Assembly: GCA_977016875.1 (NCBI GenBank)
Contig: CDRNST010000436.1
Coordinates: forward strand, 6,572,001-6,636,000
DNA from: Pavona decussata
Lineage: Eukaryota
Direction of reading: 5' to 3'
Length of the DNA: 64,000 nucleotides
A program made the translations under genes and the position numbers. Within the stretch, counting starts at the first letter, position 1. Each line of letters begins with the position of its first letter. Shown here one piece after another: positions 22,004-32,458 of this stretch. A model generated the notes under the pieces. That model was not told the DNA's origin, did not search any database, and worked only from the letters and a program-made list of their open reading frames with translations.

Positions 22004-24216
22004 GAGATTGTAGAATAGTGCTTCCAAATCAGGACACCTGGAGTACAATACAAACTTCTTTTGGAGTTGTGAAAGTCAAATTGTCATGGAGATGTCCTAG
22101 TAGAAAGACATGTATAGAACAGCATTGAAACTGTTTTCAAAGCCTCATCAGGTCAGTTTAACTACACAACTACTTGAACAAAAAAGAAAAAAAAGAATCC
22201 CAGTAATATAATAGAGATATTTCAGTAACAGTATTTCTACCAAACATCCTTCTGAAGGATTACACTGATCATCAACATGTATATTTCACTATAAAAATAA
22301 GCAATATCAATATTGTAATTTTTTTTTTTCATCTGCTAGAGGAGAACAAATGTAACTTATACAAAGGCACCCCCAACCCCAGAGGGAATGAAATTAAGCC
22401 CCAGTATGAATATGCATATTCTGATCACAATTTAAATATGTGGATAATATAATTATCCTCCACATATTTCTTATGTTACTAGTTGTGAGAGTTTATTTAA
22501 ACATCTTGATGGAGTATGTGGTGACCATTAGTTTCTACTTATAAAGATAAAAAGTTCTGCATCCCTTCTTCGTTATTTTTTTCCAAACATTCATTTGATT
22601 ACCTGGTAGAGAGATTCCAGAGAGCATTGCACCAACACCATGAAGGCAACATTGCACTTGCACTGTACACACCCTCAGAGATGGAAAAGTTTGCAGAGAA
22701 AAATGCACCTGGTCTTTTTAATCTTATTCTACACTATAATTGGATTCTTGGATCATAATCAAAATATTATTTTGCGAGATGATCCAAGAATGTGTGATGA
22801 GCATCGTGTATTACAAGAAAAGAGAACAGTTGATTTATTGCATATCATAGCATATTTCTGGTAATCTTGATTTACACAATACTTTCTTTTAAGCTGACTT
22901 GACTTGTCTCAGGTATATTTATTTTCCTTGCCTAATGCATATGAGGAACACTCCTAAGTTGGAATAAACATGTTTATCAACCATAACAGCAGAAAAATCT
23001 AGAATCTACCTATACTAAGATTGCACATTTGATTCTTCTTTCACCATGAGGTTTCCACATACAGAATATACTACTATCATATGAAACCCCTGAAATGAAA
23101 TAAACAAGAAAAATTTAATTATTTTCTTACATTTTTACTTACAGTGTATATAAAAAGGGGGCTACAAATAATATTTATTATTATTATTTCAGGTCACAGA
23201 AGACACATTTAATGCATGAGGAAGAAGGATTATTTATTCAGCAACATGGGGCATCCAGAGATGTGATAAATTCTGCCAGAAGTTTAGGCTTCAGCACCAA
23301 TCCAATCTTTTTCTTAGTTATCATTTTTTACCTTGGGCAAATTTAGGCTTTTGCACAAATTATGCTAGCATTTTTTCGATCATTTTGGTGAAGTAAAAGC
23401 ACCAACCATTATTCGAGCATTTCAGTGGCATTTTCCATTTTTTGAGAGAGAGAAAGAGAAAAATTAAAATAAAATGACAAATCATTTTAAATGAAACGTC
23501 AAGTAGCCTGCTTGGGTCAAAACTTGGCGTCGCGAACAGAAGCAGACGCTTTTCACCAACTTATTTCGCAACAAGAACTTTTTTCAGCCATACTTGCACG
23601 CATGTTTTAACATTAGCTTCAGGTTAAATGCTTTGGTGACCATAATTTTCAAAGTTTGAAGTCATTCATTTACCAGACAAGATGACTGAGTGAAAGGCTT
23701 TGCGTCGTTGCTTATAATAACATTTGAAACAGATAGACCTTGCGTCTTCCTTTGGTCTAATTAATAAAAAAATATATAAATGAGAATTTGTAACAGCAGT
23801 CTTTCCAAGAACATTCCATGTGTTGAAGAACGGACAAATTGCAATAGTAGCTATAGAGCTAGGTGTTAAAACACGATTCACCAACCGACAAAATATTCAT
23901 AACTTGGGCTGAAATGGCGGGCGAACACGCATAGAATCACATTTTTGGACGTTTTTTAAAAGATAATCAGTACCACTCGACTTCAGAATCAATCATTGTA
24001 AGAAATTATGGTGAGCTTACCTTTTCTTTATCATTGGTCCACTTCATCTTTAACATTTGGTTAATGATCCACAGCAGGAAAGTTTTCAAAAAACTTCAAC
24101 AGATCAAAACATAACCCTAACCGGAAAGCGTGATCTCGACCGGAAATGCCAAAAATTGGCGCATGCGTAGACGTTTTGCCGCTGTGTTGGCGGCACCCAA
24201 CGTGCGAATGCGGAAA
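20873..24216 (+). mobile_element. Internally deleted DNA transposon bounded by ~100 bp imperfect inverted repeats, carrying a decayed DUF6589/Academ-like gene
   Basis: Left 20873-20970 versus reverse complement of 24117-24216 share TTTCCG, TGGG, ACACAGCGGCAAAACG, CGCATG.GCCAA, TTCCGGTCG and TTTCCGGTTAG in the same order and similar spacing. Spliced coding relics lie inside. Confidence 0.65.
21147..23300 (+). pseudogene. Decayed intron-containing transposase-like gene (Cys-rich N-terminus plus DUF6589-associated helical region)
   Basis: 21147-~21590: MLEDATFSRL*RKVLLSVVVVVLLLKCC..ELPVGSIVCRVHWDE [frameshift] NNRCS..IPSRLYAVLD..RPGTRCCNKC. 22610-22860 spliced (TG|gt..ag|G) to 23193-23300: EKNAPGLFNLIL..RTVDLLHIIAYF/WSQKTHLMHEEEGLFIQQHGASRDVINSARSLGFST. 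The family call is from motif memory, not a search. Confidence 0.55.
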
Positions 24217-24286
24217 ACCTTGTTCCCAGGATCCTCTGTTTTCCTCCTTCGAGAATGGAAGAGCGATGACCCTGGGAACAAGGTTG
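24215..24286. mobile_element. Short hairpin mini-element (AACCTTGTTCCCAGG...CCTGGGAACAAGGTT)
   Basis: Perfect 15 bp inverted repeat. The 9 bp flanks GAATGCGGA / GAATAAGGC match at 6 of 9 positions. Confidence 0.75.
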
Positions 24287-24427
24287 GAATAAGGCGGGTT
24301 CTTCGACGTCATCGGCCATCTGAACGTCAGTCTTGTGGAGTCCGCCATTTTGTTTCCTTGGAGCTTTGTTGGGTCAAAGATTTTCAAGCCTTTAGCTGTA
24401 GAAAACTATTATTACCTTAGTTTGAAG

Positions 24428-25295
24428 ATGTCCTGGCAAGCTTATGTAGATACCAACTTGTTGGGGACGGGAAAAGTTCAGAAGGCCGCCATATTTGGAT
24501 TAGATGGTTCACAATGGGCAACTAGCGCTGGATTTACGGTAAGATTCGTGTTAGACTGAGTTTTTTGAAAAAAATTACTGAACCTATGTTGCTCGTTATA
24601 AGGTTAATCTTATATTACATCGCCCAGAATCTTTCGCGACATTTACTTACAGTACCATAATCTGATAGACGCGGTATTGGTTGGCAACCGTTGGGACTAC
24701 CCGATTCTTTTGTGTGCGACAACTTTATGCAAGTTTCGATCCGAAATTAGCAAACTTTAACAAAAATTGCGACTAGTTCTACTAGTGGACTACTGAGAAA
24801 CAAAAGTAGGTCGCTCGTAAATTCGCAAAACGTATGCGCTGTTGGCCACTTTTGGATCATTTTCCGGCTCTATTGCCTGTGTGCTGGCCTGATTAAGTTT
24901 TCAATTGTAGTTCCTGTGGACAACTTATAAAAGTCCCAAATGCGTCACAACATTCTGGGCGATGAATATTGTGCCCAGATATCAATTCAGCAATATTACA
25001 GCTAGATTTGATCTGGTGATAGGTATCCAAGCAAGAAGCAGTGGAGGTCATAAAGAGTTTGAAAGATGGAAGTGTCGCAGGCAAGACCATTTCGGGAACC
25101 AAATACATGATGCTGCGAAACGACCCGGAAAAGAAAGCGGCCTACTTGAAAATGAAAGAGAAGGGTGGTTTTTGTGCCATTCTTACCAATAAGGCCCTTA
25201 TTTTGGGCGGCTACGACGAAAGTGCTGGTGGAGCTGGAAATTGCAACCAAGTTGTGGAAAGTTTAGCAGAATATCTCGTCGGCACAGGGTTTTAA
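24428..25295 (+). CDS. Profilin
   Basis: Exons 24428-24538 and 25023-25295: MSWQAYVDTNLLGTGKVQKAAIFGLDGSQWATSAGFT/VSKQEA...GTKYMMLR...NCNQVVESLAEYLVGTGF*, a classic profilin N- and C-terminus. Confidence 0.95.
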
Positions 25296-26275
25296 TTTTC
25301 TCAGAGATTTGTACTCTGTCAGAACACACACAAAACAAATGTTCATGACACGATGTTTGGTTTGATCACATGCAAGGTTTCCCATAATAGTTTTAAAATT
25401 TTGGCCAATGTTTGTGGTTTGTGATCTTCCTTATCTAGAAACACTGCAAGTATCTTAGGTGAAGAAACTAACATTGTTTTGTATGTTTTTGCAAGTTGAT
25501 GATCACTTTAAAAACTTTTATTCCTAGTAAATAAAACTTGGAAGCTTTGTTCCCAGTGAATGATTTTATATAACGTGATACTGCTAACCCTAACATCAAA
25601 GGAAATTCAGTTGTCCATTGGGCAGCATTTAATTTTTGAAGCTGAAGATGTCCTGGAGTAATATTTCGGTGACAAATAATTATCTTTTCTAAGGGATGTT
25701 ACCAGCTAATGTGTTCAGTTTTTCTATACAAACTGTCAATTTAGTTTATTAAAGACCAAGGTACTATTTCCCTGTATTTCAAACCCAGGCCCCAGCTAGA
25801 GATCACTCACACACAATAGAAATTCACAAATAAACCATTTCTGATACATGAATTTTAAAATTCTAGGTCCACTGAGGCTTGGAGAAATAGAACAACAGAA
25901 ATTTCATTGAGGTTCAGAGATGAATAATTAATTTATTTCGTTTTATTCCCCCAAACCTCGTAGCCAAGCTAGAATTTTAAATATATACCGGAAATGGTCC
26001 ATTGGACTTGATCTTTTGGATAAAGTTATGGATTCTTTAAAGATTTGTTTAATGACTGGGACAAGGTGTATGTAATGTTGCTGGTGGATTGTGAACTCCA
26101 TAAGATACATTTGATATGGCATAGCTGTTGCCGAGTGATTTTCCATAACCAACAAAAATAAGATTGTGAGGCACTATTGTTTTATTTTGTTCACTTCATG
26201 AGTTGCTTAAGAACTCTAACTGGATACATTCGTAGCACATCTGGGGTATGGCATACTTCTGACAAAATCTGGATA

Positions 26276-26878
26276 CAGTGGAACCTCGATTTAACGAACC
26301 TCTATTTAACGAAGTCCTCGATATAACGAACAATGTCCCGGCTAAAGTTACAGTGAAATGTATGGAATAGAACCTTGATATAGATAAATAGATAGTTTAT
26401 TAAAAACTGCATCGCAGCCAAAGGCTGAATCGCGCAATGATCGATATAACAAATTCTTCGATATAACGAACATAATCCGGAAGCCCAAACGTAAAATCTA
26501 CCTCGATATAACGAATTACAATGTCAACAGGCGACAGAAGATAAACGCTGAACAGATCAACACTCTGAAAGTGTCGTTTTTTTGTAAACAAAAGCTGCGC
26601 GTCTGCTTAAAAGTGAAAATAATTGCTACTAATAGCCACCATGCTTAATGAATTGCATCTCAAAACGCGGCACTTCTGGGTGATGAAAATTGCATTGAAT
26701 TGCGTGACAGAAGTCACCTGTGTTGAAAATCAATCATTAACTATGACCTCAATATAACAAACATTTTGGTCATTACCCCTCAAGTTCATTATGCGGAGGT
26801 TTTTGATATAACGAACCCTCGATTTAACAGACAAATTTGGCCGGTCCCCAGCTACTTCGTTAAATCGAGGTTCCACTG
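26276..26878. mobile_element. Tc1/mariner-pogo (Tigger-like) MITE
   Basis: ta|CAGTGGAACCTCGATTTAACGAA ... TTCGTTAAATCGAGGTTCCACTG|ta (23 bp perfect TIR); internal GATATAACGAA repeats. Confidence 0.9.
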
Positions 26879-28418
26879 TATCTTTCATGCAGGAATGACC
26901 CTTGCCATAATTTGGCCACTTGCCTCAAAACCTCTACCTAGGTTGGTTCTCATCCCATAAAAAAGTACTTCGATATATGGGTCACATGACATGCTTACAC
27001 GTTATGCAATCATTCATAGCTGTCATTTGTGCATCCTCACACATATCTTACTCCTGATACCAATAAAACACTAACAAGTTTATTGGTTGATATTGGTTCT
27101 TACTATTTACAATCAGAATTTCAATCCCTTTTTAAATATTTTTACTCCTACAGCAACAGCTAACAGTAATTTACACCAGTAAAAGAGCTCAACCTAAGTT
27201 ACTATTTTTACTACTTGGTGAGGCAAATGGAAAAGTCTAAAATGTCACCCAAAATTAAATCTGCATTCAGTATTATTTATGAAAAAAGGAACACCCAGGT
27301 GGCACTAGGCATACACTACAAAGTTAAACCTTCTAGAATCTAATCCAGTTGTATTACGTTCACTGTCTGATGCGTATATCTTACTGACGTAGATACATAA
27401 GTCAAAATGAAAGATGAAAAAAAGTCTTTTAGACCAAGTTATCTTCACTAAAGGTTATGCACAATATATCTATTTTACTACATTTTCATTGCAAGTTCTA
27501 CAATGGAACTTTTATTTCATTTTGTTCAGAGCCCCGGTTAAGGTTTTTCGATCTGAACCATCTGAGTTCGAATTCTCTCAAATTAGCCCCTTCCAATATA
27601 GGACCCTCCAGCATCCTTCTAAAATTTACTAAATGTATCTTAAGCAGGATTTTATGGAAACCTTTGAGCTTCAACTTTCTTGGCAGCCCTTGACTATGTA
27701 CATTTCAGTTAGTATCTGGTAATAAAACCCTAAATTTCAAGATTTCATTAAAAGGAAAATGAACAAGCAACAAAAATACACCTCAGTTTTACAGGACACA
27801 ATGAGGTCATGGATATTACTTTTCGCACTGAACAATCCAAGAGTGATCAAAGTTCAGCTTACTTGTAATAACAACAATGGATAACAATTAAATTAGTCAT
27901 CAAGTTATTCTTGCACACTGGTCCACGTAGACTTACATTACAGAGAATATGAAAAAAGTTTGATCTGCCACAATAATTATTATGTTTTAATATGAAATAT
28001 CTGCATGCCTAAAATACATGTACATATCTGGTAAACAAGATACCTTTTCCTAATACACTAATAAGACTATGAATGACAATAAAGCAAAAAACCAGCTTAT
28101 GATACCTACACTTGTGAACATGGTCTAGCAAAAAGACTTACAAAACCTAAGAATAAATAATTCATGGTAGCATTTTTAGCAGGATTGAAAATTTTTTGCA
28201 ACCTGTGAAAGACACTAACACATGAAAACAGGACCACTGTTGCTACATCATGTTTAATTATTAGAAGTACAGAGTCTAAAGGGATCAGAAAGTGAAAGGA
28301 CTTTGATCTGAAGCTTGATTCATGTAAGGAGATAACAGGAACATCTTTCTTATGAATCCTGGTAGTCCTACACTGTAGAGGGCTGCTTATTCTTTCAAGC
28401 TACCAAAACAAGACTGAA

Positions 28419-31400
28419 TTAAACTGTCAGAGAGTTGGAGGCTACACTAGCAGAAGTTGACGCAATAAGAGGAGTTGTTTCATCAGCATCCTGAGTTGTT
28501 TCTTCTGATTGTCCATCAGTTCTGTGAGCTCTGTTCCTTCGTCTTTTGTCGTTTAATACAGGTCGTTTGCATACTGGGCAGGTGCGCTTTCCTTCTGTCA
28601 ACCATGGGTCCACACACTTGCAGTGATATGCTTCAAACAACAACCAAACAATCAGTCAACAAACCTCTATGACATTCAAACTACTCAAAACATTTCTCAA
28701 ACATAGTCAAAATAAAAAATTCATGACCTGGTACAGTAACTTAAACCACCGATGGTTAAAATTAAGTAAGGACAAAGGATCAGTTTCCTGTTGCGGTATG
28801 TCACCCTTTATGTGACAAATTTAGTGTTGACATGTGGTTATGACAATGATTTGGTGTCCCCTCACTGGATGTTACAAGGTGTAATACCAGGACCATGAGG
28901 CCATGTCTCCTGTCTCCAAGACTAAATCATCACTTATACCCAAACAACAACCAAACAATCAGTCAACAAACCTCTATGACATTCAAACTACTCAAAACAT
29001 TTCTCAAACATAGTCAAAACAAAAATATTCATGACCTGGTACTTAAACCATTTTCCATTGTAGAAGGATACAGTTAGGACCTACCATGCTCACACGGAAG
29101 TATTCGTAGTCTTTCACCATCTTTATATTCCTCCAAACATATGGCACAAACATCATAGTAATCATCACCTAGATAGGAATTTATCAAGTGATCAACAGGG
29201 ATTTCAGTGATGGCCACATACTGCCAATGCAAACCTGGAAAATGTACAGCCTGTGAAGTGCTTTCACCTGCCTGCTTTGATCTTTTTTTATTTACTACTA
29301 AAAGTAAACTCTTGGCCTGCGGACACCTTGCTATTATGGACACCCTGATAATACGGACAGAAGCTAAATCCACAGCAAAAATAGAGTACAGACATTTGAC
29401 TGAATTAATTTTCGCTATTACGGACTCTCACATTTAAGGACACTAACTCGCAGTTCCAAGGGTGTCTGCAATAAAGGGAGTTGACTGTACTTGTTTATTG
29501 CCCTACCACTCAAAACAAACCTGATCAAACCTCCAAATAAAACAAATTTTGCCCAATAGTAACAAACAGGAGTCAGAACAACTAATTTGAGTGATAAAAC
29601 ATCATTGCACTAGGTGAAGTTGTAACACCACACACACATTCACTGTGGTCAAATTTGATTTTGGTCTAAAATCAGTGAAACCAGTTTGACTTTTTTTTTA
29701 ACAAATATTGCTCCAGATAATAATTTATTGTAATGATGCTACACTAAGGACTTTCAAACCACAAGCAAAATATATTAAACCACAACATGGACAGTGTGTT
29801 GTAAACACATCCAATAACTAAATGGTTCCCCTTTGCTTCAGAGGTACATGAACCATTGTGTTAAAATGCAGACCAGATAATAACATTCATGCTGAAACTG
29901 ACCTTTTTTAAACTTTTTTGTAGGAATCTTTTTCAGATTTGTTGGTGACAGCCTGTTACGTCGCTGCTCTAAGTAATGCCTGTAGTAACGACTTATCTGT
30001 AAATTCCAAACACAATGACAAAAAGCAGGCAAGATTAAAGTAACAATCAAGTAACATTTTTGAGCCTTTATTGTACACTAGTTGTTTGAAGAAATCCTAT
30101 AATTGAATGTGACTCTCCTGAATGTATTACTTACAACAATGCCCTTTGAAAGGTCACTCAGGTTTAACAACTTAATTAATGAATGAAACACTTACCATAA
30201 ACATTGCCATTAAGATAAAGCAAATTCCCACAATGATAGCAAAGGGAATCATGTAGAATTCATAGTCCCATAATGGAGGGAATTCCTGTGCATTGATTAT
30301 GATTCTGCTATGACTGTAAGAATAAAAACACCAAATGTTTAGATTGCTTTATAATGACAACTATTCTACGGTATATGAACTGTTTAAGCATGTTGTAAAA
30401 TTAATGTCTTTAGCTTTTGTAGTTGTGGAATAGACAAGTCCATGGACTTAAAAAAGGCCCATTAATTTTCGTTAAGCTATTGGTTTCAAAGAAATATAAG
30501 CACTGTACATGTATCTTATCAGTGACCACAAAAAAAGCAGGATTGTTTGTGGAACAAAAGTACACTCTTTTCTTTCACCAGGTTACAGCAACTAACTTAA
30601 ATCAAGAACAATGAAAACCATTAAAACATTATTCAAAGTGACTTACGTATTGCTTTTAAAATCATTATTTTCCAAGACAACACCAGTTCTCTAAAGACAA
30701 ATGCATATCAAAAAGTTAATGTTTCAAGCAGTTAACAAGTACATAGATCTAAAAAAAAAAGCTGGCTATTTTGACAGTTTAAAACTTGATAGTAAAAATG
30801 TCAAATAAATGAGGCTATAATAAATAATAAATTTGATGAATCTCTCTCTTCTCTTTTAAATCATACTTAAGTCTTGCTAATGTTGCTATTTAGGCATACA
30901 AAGTTCTTTCTATGAAGTTTTAGGACCTCTCATTTACTAGGAGTGTAGTCATGCAGTTGTTCCTGTTTATATTTTCTGCTGCAATTTTCAACGTGTTCCC
31001 TTACCTTTCCGACATACACCACCGGAATGGTAACTGCTGACAAAAGAACAAACAAACAAGTAATTCAAAATGAAGTTTTAAACTTACTACTAACAGTGTA
31101 TAGGAGCACTTAAACTGTGAATGTTCAATGTAGATAACCCTGTTCAATCAACAATGTCTCTAAAAGAAATTAGACTCTGATATTCTTAACAACCCTTAGT
31201 CAAAGGCTTTCCAACCCATTTTATGTTGAAAAGTTACCATTTTTAAAACCCTCATTCTCTCAAGCTCTTTTATCTCAACATTTCGGCAAAGAGTCAAGAC
31301 AAGGTGGTGGGTTCCAGGCAGTCACTTTAGCAACCGGAGTTTTGGGAATGGTTGCCTGGCATCTTATATGGAAACATCCATTGTTTTAAAAACATTTTGG

Positions 31401-32426
31401 AGCACTGTTATAAATTTAAATCAAGTTCAAGTTCACTTATTCACACCCATTCAAATAACAATAAAAAACAACAACAACAACATCTTTTATTCATAAATAA
31501 ATTTTGCTATGAATACTTGCCTGAATCTGAGTCCCCACCAATTGTTTGAACTTCATTTGAATCTAAACTCCTGATTATAGCAGCATCAAAACCTCCTTCT
31601 GTAGCCATAACAGCCTATTTTTGACAGTGGCAAACATGAAAATATACCCTGTTCTACAGATACAACAACCTGGTATGTTTTAAACATGAAATGCAAGGTT
31701 TACAAGTACATATTACTACTTAAATGAATGCTAGGCTAGATAGACTTGATTCACAACAACAATAGACTCCATAATAATATTATCCACATCTAAGCCATTG
31801 TTGGGTGAATTATTGCAATTTGGATGCGGTACAGACAACAAGGACAACAAACCAACACAGTCTAAAAAATAAAGGTGATTGCACTGACTTTACTTAAAAC
31901 TAGCTTATATTATTATTTCATAAACCCTGTAAAAAGCTGGTTTAACTACTTCGTAATCTATGGATACATGTAAATTTAGAAGTAAAACAATGCTCTTGAC
32001 TGACTTCACTGGTTGTCAGTGTCAGGGAAATCAAGAGTAACAGATTATTGACCACAATCAGAACCTATGCAGCTGACTGTTGCATTACTTACATGTAGCT
32101 CAAATTTGCTTTGATTCAACATACATCAAGCTACAGCGTAACCTACCTTAGTATCAAATTCACAACCTTGAGCATCAATAAGAAGAAACCACTTGCCACT
32201 GTATCCTGAACTGTTGTAGCTACTTTGTGGTTTTACTGCACTACATGCTTCATTAGGTGTACGATGGCCGTCAAGCGTACTTGGGCTCCATGGCTCTGCC
32301 AAGACTACAACACCCTAAAACAATATAAAAAGACCCGTCAAACAGGTTGCCAATAGGAACATTGCTGGCAAATGCAACTTTTCAATTAGTGACAAATGCA
32401 CTGGTATACTCAGAAAACGAAAATGT

Positions 32427-32458
<32 letters not shown>

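Noticed and set aside
24110-24122. TAACCCTAACC, telomere-like or telomerase-template-like
   Set aside because: Under two repeat units, at the inner edge of a transposon terminus, with no supporting RNA structure seen.
25023-25030. GTATCC as a U12 donor
   Set aside because: It is the start of profilin exon 2 and lacks the following TT of the U12 consensus.
26285-26850. CRISPR-like recurring GATATAACGAA units
   Set aside because: Short, irregularly spaced subterminal repeats of a MITE in a eukaryotic genome; no cas genes.
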